This document shows positions 18,973-29,089 of a stretch of 64,000 nucleotides of DNA, in pieces. Origin of the DNA: Bacteroidota bacterium (GTDB lineage Bacteria > Bacteroidota > Bacteroidia > JAIBAJ01); NCBI GenBank assembly GCA_947475205.1, contig CANJNG010000002.1, positions 8,526 through 72,525 of the forward strand, in the 5' to 3' direction. The translations under genes and the position numbers were made by a program. The notes beneath the pieces were generated by a model. The model saw only the letters and a program-made list of their open reading frames with translations, made no database searches and was not told where the DNA came from. Each line of letters begins with the position of its first letter. Position 1 is the first letter of the stretch.

Positions 18973-19992
18973 ATGAAAGCCCTCTATCTCACCCGTTTCG
19001 GAAAGGCCGATACTTCGTTTGAACTTCGCGATGTAGCCGACCCCATTATTAACTCCGATGAAGTAGTGGTTTCTGCCGAAGGTTTCGGAATAAACTATGC
19101 CGATATTATGGCTCGATTGGGATTGTATCAAGATTGTCCGCCCCTGCCTGCCTTGCTTGGCTACGAGGTGGTGGGCACGGTGGAGAAGATTGGAAAGGAT
19201 GTGAAAAGGTTAAGCGTTGGCGACAGAGTGGTGGCTTTTACCCGTTTTGGCGGCTACGGCCAAAAGGCAAAAGCCTTAGAAGTGGCTTGCGTAAAAATAA
19301 GCAACACTGTCCCATTGGCCGAAGCCACCGCCCTAGCAACTCAATATTGCACGGCTTACTATGCTTCTCAAATCTCTACCCGGCTTTTCCCCGGCGACCA
19401 CGTTTTGATTCAGGCTGCTGCCGGAGGAGTGGGTACAGCCTTGGTGCAATTGGCTAAGTTAGCCGGAAGCACCGTGTATGGCACTTGCGGATCCGACGAA
19501 AAATGCAAATACCTAAAAGAGCAAGGAGTTGATTACCCCATTAATTACAACACCTCCGATTTTGCGGTAAAGATTCGTGAAATAAGGGAAGGCAAGGGAG
19601 TTGATGTGGTGTTCGACAGTTTAGGCGGTGTAACCTTTGGCAAAGGCTTTAAATTACTTAACCCCGGCGGACGCATCATAGGTTTCGGAGCTGCCGAAAA
19701 CAGCACTCGAAATCCCATTAATTTAATAAAACTACTTTTCGGATTCGGATTTCACAATCCGGCCTTCCTATTAATGCAAAGCCGAAGCATTACGGGTTTA
19801 AATATGCTTAGAGTTGCCGACCACCGTCAGGATTTGCTTCAATTTTGTTTAGAAAATGTGGTGAAACTTTATGAGGAAGGCAAAATTAAACCCGTTGCCG
19901 GCCGAACCTTTAAAGCCACTGAATTGGCCGCTGCTCATGAGTTTGTGCAAAGCCGAAAATCAGTAGGCAAGGTGGCAGTGAGTTGGGAATGA
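18973..19992 (+). CDS. zinc-binding dehydrogenase family, VAT-1/quinone oxidoreductase-like
   Basis: GINYADIMARLGLY, QAAAGGVGTA, SRKSVGKV. Confidence 0.88.
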   Translation: MKALYLTRFGKADTSFELRDVADPIINSDEVVVSAEGFGINYADIMARLGLYQDCPPLPALLGYEVVGTVEKIGKDVKRLSVGDRVVAFTRFGGYGQKAKALEVACVKISNTVPLAEATALATQYCTAYYASQISTRLFPGDHVLIQAAAGGVGTALVQLAKLAGSTVYGTCGSDEKCKYLKEQGVDYPINYNTSDFAVKIREIREGKGVDVVFDSLGGVTFGKGFKLLNPGGRIIGFGAAENSTRNPINLIKLLFGFGFHNPAFLLMQSRSITGLNMLRVADHRQDLLQFCLENVVKLYEEGKIKPVAGRTFKATELAAAHEFVQSRKSVGKVAVSWE

Positions 19993-19998
19993 GCGAAA

Positions 19999-20032
19999 AG
20001 TATTGAGTATAGAGAACTGAGTATTGGGTAGT
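19999..20032. repeat. heptamer tandem repeat (AGTATTG-type)
   Basis: AGTATTG AGTATAG AGAACTG AGTATTG; complementary units at 20162-20196. Confidence 0.65.
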
Positions 20033-20097
20033 TTTCGGACTCAACTCCTTAACTAAATGCCCCCTAATTTCGAACCATACACCCTATCAAAATCTCC

Positions 20098-20105
20098 TAC
20101 CTTTG
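20098..20105 (+). promoter_or_regulatory. -7 promoter element TACCTTTG
   Basis: TAnnTTTG match 16 nt before ATG 20122. Confidence 0.6.
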
Positions 20106-20121
20106 AAACGCTTTTGATTTT

Positions 20122-22362
20122 ATGAAAACAACTATCACACAAAGACTCAAATTTCCCGTCTCAATACTCATTACCCTCTACTCTCTACTCTCTACTGCCT
20201 CCGCTCAACCCTTCTTTCAGTATTCTGATAGCGTTCCCGTAACCATTGGCACCACCACCTTAAACAATGCTTGGGCTGGTGGATTGAACTTTTCGCAGTT
20301 TTCGGAAATAGATTTAAACCACGACAGCAAAAAGGATTTGGTGGTGTTCGACCGCAGTGGAAACAGAGTGAACACCTTTATTAATGATGGAAGTGCTGGA
20401 TTAAGCAAATATCGTTACGCTCCGTTTTATAGCTATTATATGCCACGCTTGAAAAGTTGGGCTCTGTTTCGCGACTACAACAAGGATGGCAAGGAAGATA
20501 TTTTCACCTATAAAGTGGGTGCAGGAGCAATGAGCGTTTATAAGAACATCACCGAAAACGATACCCCTAAGTTTGAGTTGACGATAAATATTTTATATTC
20601 GGATTACTTGCCTAATATGCTGAATCTATATGTAAATCCTGTGGATATTCCCACCATTGATGATATTGATGGCGACGGCGATTTAGATATATGCACCTTC
20701 AACATTTTGGGTGGATTTATGGAAGAACACGTTAATTTAAGCATGGAAACCTACGGTACTTGCGATAGCCTAAAGTTTAGACTTAAAACTTCGTGTTGGG
20801 GACGGTTTATGGAAAACTCCACAAGCAATTCAGTACTCTTCGACACCTGTAGCTATCTTGGGTTTAGCCAAGTGCCTTGGGATGAAATTCCGCCAACATT
20901 TCGCCACACGGGTAGCACCTCGTTTACTTTAGATATGAATAATGATGGGGTGAAAGAAATGGTACTGGGAGATGTGTCGTTCAATAATTTCACCTTATTA
21001 AACAACGATGGAACAGCCGATACAGCTCATATCTTTAGCCAAAGTGCAGCATTTCCCGCTGGCACTCCGCTCAACTTGGAGGTGTTTCCTGCCGGGTTTT
21101 ATTTAGATGTAGATAACGATGGGGCGAAAGATTTATTAGCCAGCCCAAACGTGGGTTCCTTGGGAGCAAATGTGGAGAATAACTGGTATTATAAAAACAC
21201 GGGGCAAACCAATCTTCCTACGCTCGAATTTCAAACCAAATCATTTTTAAATGGCGAGATGATTGAAGTTGGCGAAGGTGCATACCCCGTTTTGGTTGAT
21301 TTGAACCAAGACAATTTAATGGATTTAGTAGTGGGAAACCGTGGTGTAAAAACCACAGGAACTAACTATGTTGGAAAAATAGCTATGTATCAGAATATAG
21401 GAACAGCTACTCAACCTGCCTTCAAAAGAATAACTGATAACATAGGAAATATTGGCTCAGAGAATTTGTTTAACCCCTATCCTGCCTTTGCCGACCTCGA
21501 TGGGGATGGTGATATGGATATGCTGGTTGGAAAATACAATGGGAAATTTGATTTCTATCAAAATGCCTCTCCTCCCAATAGTTTACCCACCTTCACTTTG
21601 GCTCAGGCAGATTACCAAAACCTATCTGTGGGGAATAACTCCTTTTCTGCTCCTCAGTTTTTCGATGTGGATAAAGATGGACTTGTTGATTTAATAGTGG
21701 GCGAATACAATGGCAATATCAATTATTTTAGAAATACCGGAACGGCCACAAGTCCTGTGTTTACGTTGCAAACCGACTTCTTTGGGCAGGTTAAAACCAC
21801 CAGCAATGTAAGTAATTTAGGATACAGCACCCCTTGTATGTATCGTTTCAATGGCGAAACCCGCCTTTTTTGTGGCAGCGAAGACGGCACTATATTTTAT
21901 TACGATAGCATTGATGGCAATTTGGGTGGGAAGTTCCGTTTCAGCAGCACCAATTATCAAGGCATAGATGAAGGTGGCCGCACCGCTATGACTATGGCTG
22001 ACCTCAATGCTGATTCGCTACCCGAACTCATAGTGGGCAACTATGCCGGAGGAGTGGTTTACTACCAAGGCACAAACCACGACCCCGGTATTCCCTTTGC
22101 CATAGCTCCCAGAAATTCAGTTTTTGAAAAAGCTAAACTATATCCCAACCCCGCCAATGAATTTATTACCATTTCGTTTCCTGCTTCAGTAAACGGGTTT
22201 AGCTATTCTTTGCTTGATATTTCAGGAAGGGAGGTCTTGAAAGGATTAGCTGTTACTAACAAAACCGATATACTGCTCACTAATCTTCAAATTGGCCTTT
22301 ACACCTTGAGGCTACAATTGAATGAAGATATAAAGAATTATAAGGTGGTAGTGAATAGGTAA
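20122..22362 (+). CDS. FG-GAP/VCBS repeat protein with T9SS type A sorting domain
   Basis: Repeated DxDxDGDxD motifs; CTD LYPNPANE...DISGREV...GLYTLRL...KVVVNR. Confidence 0.9.
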   Translation: MKTTITQRLKFPVSILITLYSLLSTASAQPFFQYSDSVPVTIGTTTLNNAWAGGLNFSQFSEIDLNHDSKKDLVVFDRSGNRVNTFINDGSAGLSKYRYAPFYSYYMPRLKSWALFRDYNKDGKEDIFTYKVGAGAMSVYKNITENDTPKFELTINILYSDYLPNMLNLYVNPVDIPTIDDIDGDGDLDICTFNILGGFMEEHVNLSMETYGTCDSLKFRLKTSCWGRFMENSTSNSVLFDTCSYLGFSQVPWDEIPPTFRHTGSTSFTLDMNNDGVKEMVLGDVSFNNFTLLNNDGTADTAHIFSQSAAFPAGTPLNLEVFPAGFYLDVDNDGAKDLLASPNVGSLGANVENNWYYKNTGQTNLPTLEFQTKSFLNGEMIEVGEGAYPVLVDLNQDNLMDLVVGNRGVKTTGTNYVGKIAMYQNIGTATQPAFKRITDNIGNIGSENLFNPYPAFADLDGDGDMDMLVGKYNGKFDFYQNASPPNSLPTFTLAQADYQNLSVGNNSFSAPQFFDVDKDGLVDLIVGEYNGNINYFRNTGTATSPVFTLQTDFFGQVKTTSNVSNLGYSTPCMYRFNGETRLFCGSEDGTIFYYDSIDGNLGGKFRFSSTNYQGIDEGGRTAMTMADLNADSLPELIVGNYAGGVVYYQGTNHDPGIPFAIAPRNSVFEKAKLYPNPANEFITISFPASVNGFSYSLLDISGREVLKGLAVTNKTDILLTNLQIGLYTLRLQLNEDIKNYKVVVNR

Positions 22363-22367
22363 GAGCG

Positions 22368-22772
22368 TTATATCCCGCTCCAATCCTCAACCACCAAACT
22401 CGAAATCCTGCCAAAATAATCGGCTTGGCGGGTAATGAGTTTAAAGTTGTTTTCCATACAAATAGCTGCAATCAAAATGCTAATGTCATCGAAAGGGTTT
22501 TTCAGACTTTTAGCAATAGAATACAACCCGGCAGCAATCTCAATACTATTAACCGTTAGCGGAATAATGTTGTTGTAACGTGATAGTTCCGTAAAGTCGT
22601 TAAGTTGCTTTATGGCTTTGTTATCGTTGAGCGTTTCCGTAATTTCATCGTAAGAAAGCACACTGAAATTCAGTTTTCCATAATCATTCAAATAGGATTT
22701 GAACTTAGCCTCTACAGTTTTATTGCCCTTTAGGTAAAGGAAGAGAATGTCGGTATCGATGAGGGCTTCCAT
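22368..22772 (-). CDS. vapC: PIN-domain VapC-like toxin, possibly degenerate
   Basis: LIDTDIL N-terminus, YDEI, ILIAAIC..N..LIT...F..I..L.VEDW. Confidence 0.8.
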   Translation of the reverse strand: MEALIDTDILFLYLKGNKTVEAKFKSYLNDYGKLNFSVLSYDEITETLNDNKAIKQLNDFTELSRYNNIIPLTVNSIEIAAGLYSIAKSLKNPFDDISILIAAICMENNFKLITRQADYFGRISSLVVEDWSGI

Positions 22773-23002
22773 TATAGTTTCTTCGTTTTTCGTTTGGTAT
22801 AAATCTCCCTCAGAACTGATGTAAACACCAAATCAGGAATTCCTTTCCACACGCCCGATAAAGCTAAATTACGCTGCTTAGCCGTTTGCATGTCATCTTC
22901 CAAATCTAAGCCTAACCAATTGTATAGCTTTTCCAGTTCGGCTTGGTCGAGGCTGTCTATTTTACGCACAACCTTCCTTTTCATTACATTATCTATGGCC
23001 AT
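22772..23002 (-). CDS. putative antitoxin of the VapC-like protein
   Basis: 76 aa, 1-nt overlap with vapC start, LSGVWK motif like Bacteroidota VapB-like partners. Confidence 0.55.
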   Translation of the reverse strand: MAIDNVMKRKVVRKIDSLDQAELEKLYNWLGLDLEDDMQTAKQRNLALSGVWKGIPDLVFTSVLREIYTKRKTKKL

Positions 23003-23885
23003 CGAGAATAGTTTTAGTCATTGTTTCTATGTCGGAAGGTAGCAGCCATGTTGGATCAAATTGATGCCTTACCCAAGTGAGTTGTCGTTTGGCAAAATTA
23101 CGAGTATGTTGTTTAATTTTCAACACCGCTTCGTCTAAACTTATCTCACCCCGAAAATGAGCAAACAGTTCTTTATAACCTACCGTATTTAAAGGATTCA
23201 AGCCTGCAAACGGAAACAGGGCTTCAGCTTCTTGCAGAAATCCATCCTGCATCATGGCATCAGTCCGCTCCTCAATACGACTATAAAGCACATCTCGTGG
23301 CCAATCAACCGCAAATATTTTATAATCAAAATCGGGTTTAAAGGGCTTTTCTTTTTGAAAGGAAGTAAATGTCTTTTGCGTAGATAGGCAAACTTCCAAA
23401 GCCCTGATAACCCGTTGCGGATTATGAATATCTACCTTCTCAAAATATTCTGGATCTTTCTCTTTCAGCAGATGTTGCAAAGCTTCAATGCCTTCGGTTT
23501 CCAACATAGTGTTTAGTTTAGTCCGAACTTCTTCATCTATATCTGGAAATTCATTCATTCCCTCCAACAAAGCTTTTATGTAAAGTCCCGACCCACCCAC
23601 CATAACGGCAGTCTTCTTTTTTAGGAATAATTCCTTGAGCAAGGCATTACTTTGTGAAGCAAAATCGCCCGCACTAAAGGGCTGATGAATATCCAAAGAA
23701 GCAATAAAATGATGTTTTACTTCTCTTAGCTGCTTTTCAGACGGTTGTGCTGAGCCAATTTCCAAACCTTTATATATCTGTCGGCTATCGGCTGAGATAA
23801 TCTCAGTATCTAAGGCTTTAGCTACTGCAATACCTAAATCTGTTTTACCGCTTGCAGTGGGACCGGTGATAACAATGAGGCTCAA
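22989..23885 (-). CDS. miaA: tRNA dimethylallyltransferase
   Basis: GPTASGKT, ISADSRQIY, VGGSGLY, TRNFAKRQLTW. Confidence 0.97.
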   Translation of the reverse strand: MSLIVITGPTASGKTDLGIAVAKALDTEIISADSRQIYKGLEIGSAQPSEKQLREVKHHFIASLDIHQPFSAGDFASQSNALLKELFLKKKTAVMVGGSGLYIKALLEGMNEFPDIDEEVRTKLNTMLETEGIEALQHLLKEKDPEYFEKVDIHNPQRVIRALEVCLSTQKTFTSFQKEKPFKPDFDYKIFAVDWPRDVLYSRIEERTDAMMQDGFLQEAEALFPFAGLNPLNTVGYKELFAHFRGEISLDEAVLKIKQHTRNFAKRQLTWVRHQFDPTWLLPSDIETMTKTILDGHR

Positions 23886-23900
23886 ATCAGGTTAATGAAA

Positions 23901-23942
23901 TAAAAAATGGGCAATTTCTAAATTAACAGAAATTGCCCATTT
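23901..23942 (-). terminator. intrinsic terminator
   Basis: 15-bp perfect IR AAATGGGCAATTTCT / AGAAATTGCCCATTT with T-tract on minus strand. Confidence 0.75.
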
Positions 23943-23964
23943 AGTGGAAAAGCAAAAATTAAAT

Positions 23965-24636
23965 TTATCTCAATCGTGAAGGTAATTCAGTAACAAGTGG
24001 TTCATATTTTCTTAATACCCTGTCCCACTCTTTGAATGATTGGTCATCTTTAGAACTAACACCAGGAATTTTTGAATATTCACTAACCAATTTCATTTTA
24101 TATGATAGAGGGTTTTTATCTCCCAACTTAATAATCAAACGGGTGCGAATTGTAGCTTGTGTGAAGTTTTGCACCGACCAAGCTGTACGTAGATATCCAG
24201 TTGATTTATCCGTAACTTCAATAACATCAATATATGAAAGTATAACTCGATTAATTAGCAGCCAAGCATCATCTTCATTTTTAGTGGTTTTTAACTCAAG
24301 GTCAAGGTTTGCTACATCTGTTTTTGTAGATGCTTCATAAGCATCATCAACACGCATTTTGAAGTGATATGTTTTAGGTGGCTCAGGATTGTTGGGTTTA
24401 TTGTAAAACTGCATTTTCTCGGTCAAGAAGCCTACCTTAACACATTCAACAGTAACATCGGTGTAGGCGGGCATTACAATTAGAGCTTTCCCCTTACCCA
24501 TTAATTGTCCGTTTGCAAATATTTCTGCATCGTTTTCTGAGCAGCTAACGTTTATTTTCTTTGTCCCTGCAAATACTGCTGAACTTGCAGATAGGAAAAG
24601 AATAAAGATAAGCACTTTCTTTTGAATGTCTTTCAT
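23965..24636 (-). CDS. exported hypothetical protein (PEGA-like N-terminus)
   Basis: Signal peptide ending VFA; DAEIFANGQLMGKG; TDKSTGYLRTAW. Confidence 0.65.
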   Translation of the reverse strand: MKDIQKKVLIFILFLSASSAVFAGTKKINVSCSENDAEIFANGQLMGKGKALIVMPAYTDVTVECVKVGFLTEKMQFYNKPNNPEPPKTYHFKMRVDDAYEASTKTDVANLDLELKTTKNEDDAWLLINRVILSYIDVIEVTDKSTGYLRTAWSVQNFTQATIRTRLIIKLGDKNPLSYKMKLVSEYSKIPGVSSKDDQSFKEWDRVLRKYEPLVTELPSRLR

Positions 24637-24774
24637 TTTGTTTTGTTAATTTTTGATATGTATATTAGGCTACAAATGTAAAGTATAGCAACAAATTAGC
24701 TAATTTATTTTGATATTACTTTTAACACAACAGACTGTTGCTATCACATAAGTATATTTGTATTCAATGCACAA

Positions 24775-25275
24775 CTACTTCTTAAAAATCGGCATCGTGC
24801 TACACGCCTCGCCATACATTAATGATTTAGCAACCGGACGAAGCAAAGTAGTGAGTTCAAGATAAGCAGATGGAGGAACAGGATATTTACTGCATCCTTT
24901 TATGATGATACGTTTATCTTCAAAGGGCTTAACATCGATAGTCTGCAAAGCATCGTGGAAGATAGTTTCTTCTAATTTATTCAAATCGCCAAACACAACT
25001 TTAAAAGCAAAGGGCTGAAGTGCAGAAGCCACCAACATATAAGCCCATACAGGAATTATGGCGTCGGCAGTACAATTTACGGCAACATACTTTCCTTGAT
25101 AATCGGCCCAATTGTTTGCTTTTACAAAGTTCCTAAAATCGGTTTCTTTTAATATCAAACCTTGCCAAAGCTGGTCTTTCAAATCAAAAAGCACCCGCTG
25201 GGCTTTAGGGTAATAGTCTTCCAGATTAAAATCTATCAGTCCACTTTGTTCTACTTTGTTGATGATGGCTTCCAT
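24775..25275 (-). CDS. DUF2480 family protein
   Basis: IINKVEQSGLI..LEDYYP, ADAIIPVWAYML, YGEACSTMP. Confidence 0.85.
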   Translation of the reverse strand: MEAIINKVEQSGLIDFNLEDYYPKAQRVLFDLKDQLWQGLILKETDFRNFVKANNWADYQGKYVAVNCTADAIIPVWAYMLVASALQPFAFKVVFGDLNKLEETIFHDALQTIDVKPFEDKRIIIKGCSKYPVPPSAYLELTTLLRPVAKSLMYGEACSTMPIFKK

Positions 25276-25279
25276 TTTT

Positions 25280-25408
25280 AGTAATGAGTATAGAGTAATG
25301 GGTAGTGTGTATAGAGTAGTCAGGATTAGGTATTAAGTAGAGTGTATTATGTGAAGAGAACCATCTGGCGGTAGCCATCACATTACTCTTTACTCAATAC
25401 TCATTACT
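25280..25408. repeat. heptamer inverted-repeat element with conserved core
   Basis: AGTAATG/AGTATAG-type units, core CCATCTGGCGGTAGCC (25361-25376), then CATTACT CTTTACT CAATACT CATTACT. Confidence 0.82.
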
Positions 25409-25411
25409 TCC

Positions 25412-26743
25412 CTAAAACTTCTCAGCAACAAACCTGTATAGGTCGTTACCATTGGCATAAAGCATTAATCCGAAAAGAAGCATCATACCTGTGTATTGGG
25501 CATATTCCATAAATTTCTCGTTAGGTTTGCGACGAGTAATCATTTCATAAAGCAAGAATATTACGTGGCCACCGTCCAATGCAGGGATAGGTAAGATGTT
25601 CATAATAGCCAGTACAACAGAGAAAAATGCTGTGATATTCCAAAAATGCTCCCAATCCCAAGTTGGTGAAAACAGGCCACCCATACGGCCAAAACCTCCA
25701 ACACTTTCGTAGCCTTTAACAGTAGGTGAGAAAATGAGTTTAAACTGTTTCAGATAATTCTCAAAGGTAGAATAGGCTTTCTCCAAGCCCTTTGGAAACG
25801 ATTCGAGTAAAGAATATTGCGTGACCTGATAAGGGAAATAGTGGTTGGCACTTGCACGAATTATACCCAGCATTCCCGTTTCAGGAAGGTGGAATTTAAT
25901 GTCAGTAAATGCATTTCCTCGTTGAACTGTGAGGGTAATATCTTTATCTTTATTGGCCAGCAATTGAGTACGAGCCTCATCAAAATATTCTGTTTTAACA
26001 CCGTTAATGGCCACCACTTTATCGTCAATTTTTACGCCAGCTTTTTTGGCCACCGAGCCTGGGGCAAAGTCGCAAATAGTAAATGGAATTCGGGGCGAAA
26101 TGAAGTTTTGTGCTTTTATCATGGCGGCTCTGTAGTCATCTTTCAGGTTTATTTCGAGCGGTTCGTTGTTACGAATTACCTGAATAGTTTGGGCTTCATT
26201 CAGCAGAATTTCTTTGTAAACATCGGTAAAACTCCTAACCGGAACTTTTTGCACCGAAACAATTTTGTCGCCATTTTGCAATCCCATTTTAAGACCAATG
26301 CTATCTTCCACCATAATACCGTATTTGGCATTTGCTAATGGCAAATAGGTCTCGCCGTAGTAAAACATAATTCCGGCATAAATTATGACACCCAAAATTG
26401 CGTTCACTGTTACGCCTCCAATCATAATTACCAGGCGTTGCCAAGCCGGTTTCGACCTGAATTCCCAAGGTTCGGGTTCACGATTAAGAAACTCTTTGTC
26501 GTTGCTTTCGTCAATCATTCCAGCTATTTTTACATAGCCACCCAATGGAATCCAGCCTATACCGTATTCGGTGTCGCCGCGTTTGATTTTAAATAAAGAA
26601 AAGTAGGGGTCGAAGAACAAGTAAAACTTTTCAACTCGGGTTTTGAACCACTTAGCAGGCAAAAAGTGACCAAGCTCGTGCAATACTATCAGGAAAGAAA
26701 GGCTAAGTATAAGCTGAGCGGCCTTGATGAAAAATTCGGACAT
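25412..26743 (-). CDS. rseP: RIP metalloprotease RseP
   Basis: HELGH, two PDZ domains, NILPIPALDGG. Confidence 0.95.
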   Translation of the reverse strand: MSEFFIKAAQLILSLSFLIVLHELGHFLPAKWFKTRVEKFYLFFDPYFSLFKIKRGDTEYGIGWIPLGGYVKIAGMIDESNDKEFLNREPEPWEFRSKPAWQRLVIMIGGVTVNAILGVIIYAGIMFYYGETYLPLANAKYGIMVEDSIGLKMGLQNGDKIVSVQKVPVRSFTDVYKEILLNEAQTIQVIRNNEPLEINLKDDYRAAMIKAQNFISPRIPFTICDFAPGSVAKKAGVKIDDKVVAINGVKTEYFDEARTQLLANKDKDITLTVQRGNAFTDIKFHLPETGMLGIIRASANHYFPYQVTQYSLLESFPKGLEKAYSTFENYLKQFKLIFSPTVKGYESVGGFGRMGGLFSPTWDWEHFWNITAFFSVVLAIMNILPIPALDGGHVIFLLYEMITRRKPNEKFMEYAQYTGMMLLFGLMLYANGNDLYRFVAEKF

Positions 26744-26871
26744 TTAATAAAATAATGGAGGCAAAGATAAAACGAGAATGGGATGGGGCAAAAGTTAACA
26801 TTTAATAATAGAAGTTTTAGACGAAAAACAAATCTACAACAATTTGAAATAAATTTTGTTACTTCGCTCAA

Positions 26872-27453
26872 ATGTTCATTCCCAAAACATATACTTACCT
26901 ATTCCTTAGCAGTGCGGCCTTTACCCTTGCCTCATGTCGAAATAATGTAATTGAAAAGTTAGAGCAAAAGAAGTTTTTCAGCCTCAAAACCTATTTTGAA
27001 ACCGAAGCAGTACGCTTGGATAAATCAAAATTGCTGGTGGCAAAAAAAGTGTCGGAAAACGGCAAAACAGAATCTAAGACCTTAACAGATGTAAAATGGG
27101 CGGAGGAATTAGCTTTCGTGGGCGAATCGGATATTAACCGCATAGCCTGGGTTGATAAATATTCTGTTGATACGGTTTCGTTTGATGACAATAACTTGGT
27201 AACTTATGTTGCCTTAGACGAAAATCTTGCCGTGAAACGAGTGGCCCTAACCTTTAATAAAGAAACAAACGAATGTTTATCGGTTTCGGTAGAGAAAGGC
27301 ACGGATAACTTCCTGTATTCATCGTGGCAGAAAATATTTTACACTCCCGGCAATCAATTAAACATATATGGACACCTTAGTGTAAGGTGGTTGTTTGAGA
27401 AAGATTATGCTACCGATTTTGTGATAGTGCAAACGGAGGAGTTAGATAACTGA
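26872..27453 (+). CDS. hypothetical lipoprotein
   Basis: Lipobox LASC; SDINRIAW..KY.VDT. Confidence 0.7.
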   Translation: MFIPKTYTYLFLSSAAFTLASCRNNVIEKLEQKKFFSLKTYFETEAVRLDKSKLLVAKKVSENGKTESKTLTDVKWAEELAFVGESDINRIAWVDKYSVDTVSFDDNNLVTYVALDENLAVKRVALTFNKETNECLSVSVEKGTDNFLYSSWQKIFYTPGNQLNIYGHLSVRWLFEKDYATDFVIVQTEELDN

Positions 27454-27515
27454 GTATTTTAAATTTTCTTTTTCAATTATCCTGTGAAGACAAATATCGG
27501 GTTTTTAGAAAAAAT

Positions 27516-29042
27516 TTAATCCTTGCCTTTCAATTGCATCAACACACTCCTCGAATCAGGAGATTCAAAAAGGATAGTAAATGAAATGTTTGTCTTTTTA
27601 AATTCATCTGCAAAGAACCTATCCAAGTAATAGTAGTTGCATTCAGGCACTATTACTTTCCGAATATCGAAGGGCATATTGGGATAGCAAATGTTATCTT
27701 TTCCATAATAATAGGGGTTGAGTTCTTCCAATCCAAGCGGATATTCCCAGCTATCGGCAATAACTTTCGGGTTCAGATTTATAAACCCAAGTTTCTGTTT
27801 ATAGAACGTAACCGATGGGTTATTAAAATAATCTATCCCTAAATTTACCTCTGCTAAATTCAATGATTCTAGGTGGAGCAGGGCGGCTTTAGTGCCACTA
27901 TCATACCGCCACGAATAGCAATGCGTAAAATTTATATTTGCTATAAAGTGTAATAGAAATACTATGGAGATACCTTGACTTATACTCCGGCTGCCTTTCC
28001 AATGGGTAGCACTTAATCCCAATATCAAATTCAATATCATTAAGGGATAAAAAAGTATGGCAGTTCGTTCAACGGGCAAAGGGGTTTGAAGAAGCAAATT
28101 CTGGGCGATTACGCTTAGCATGGAAAGCAGAAAAATCAGTGCTATGCCGCCAAAAATGTCAAGCTTCCGTTCTTTTAATATGATTAATAGTTTGAAAAGT
28201 GCTAAAGCTATTGATGCAAGGAATATAGCAGCAAAGAATATCTGTGCCGCATAGTTATACGCACTCATATATCCAAAGCAATTACCGAGGGAAAGTATGG
28301 TATCGGAAAAGAAGTTTTTATGTCCGCCGAAGTATAGGTGTCCGGCCTTTTTCAAAGCCAACATAAAGGAGAGGATGCTATACAGAAATGATATGGCGAG
28401 GCCAACTACACAAGCCACATACAGCAGTTTGTGTTTGTTCGGCAGTGAACTAATAGTAGCAATTACTACCAAAATAGCAAGGTATGGCAGGAAATAGTTT
28501 AGGAATGTGAAGTTTGCCATCACCGCCAATGCTGCCGAAACTATCCCGAAAAACGCCCAAAGAATTCGTGAGGTAGTTTGGAAATTGAGCAGACACGCCA
28601 AACTAAACAGCATAAGTCCCAGCCCTATTCCGTAACCTCTGGCAAGACTAAAGAAATCAATGACAAAAGGCATAGCGGTCAATAACACTATTGTTGGAAG
28701 TCTGAAACATGCCAGCAAGTGTTTTGAAATGCTGAAAGCTCCATAAAAATAGATTGGAAACGAAAGCACATTGGGAAACCGCAGTGCAAACTCCGAAAAG
28801 CCCAAACACGCATAACTAATCTTCATCAAATAAGTATTCAGAATATGGTTGTTTGCGTTTAGCCCAATACTTAAGGGGGAAAAATGCAGCATAGTGTTGT
28901 AGGACACTATTTCATCGTAGGTAAACGATAAGGCATTTGCCCGAATGGCTACGTAAGCCAACAAGAATATACCATACACTACCATTAAATATCCCGAATA
29001 GCTTTCGTTGCTTTCAAGTATTTTGGATAATGATTTTTTCAA
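27516..29042 (-). CDS. polytopic membrane protein, GT-C (ArnT/PMT-like) glycosyltransferase
   Basis: FTYDEIVSY loop, ANNHILNT, LRFPN, FSLARGYG; many TM helices. Confidence 0.7.
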   Translation of the reverse strand: MKKSLSKILESNESYSGYLMVVYGIFLLAYVAIRANALSFTYDEIVSYNTMLHFSPLSIGLNANNHILNTYLMKISYACLGFSEFALRFPNVLSFPIYFYGAFSISKHLLACFRLPTIVLLTAMPFVIDFFSLARGYGIGLGLMLFSLACLLNFQTTSRILWAFFGIVSAALAVMANFTFLNYFLPYLAILVVIATISSLPNKHKLLYVACVVGLAISFLYSILSFMLALKKAGHLYFGGHKNFFSDTILSLGNCFGYMSAYNYAAQIFFAAIFLASIALALFKLLIILKERKLDIFGGIALIFLLSMLSVIAQNLLLQTPLPVERTAILFYPLMILNLILGLSATHWKGSRSISQGISIVFLLHFIANINFTHCYSWRYDSGTKAALLHLESLNLAEVNLGIDYFNNPSVTFYKQKLGFINLNPKVIADSWEYPLGLEELNPYYYGKDNICYPNMPFDIRKVIVPECNYYYLDRFFADEFKKTNISFTILFESPDSRSVLMQLKGKD

Positions 29043-29089
29043 TTTAGATGGTGGCAGTTGCTGGTGTTGGGGAGGATATTTTCAGGGTT

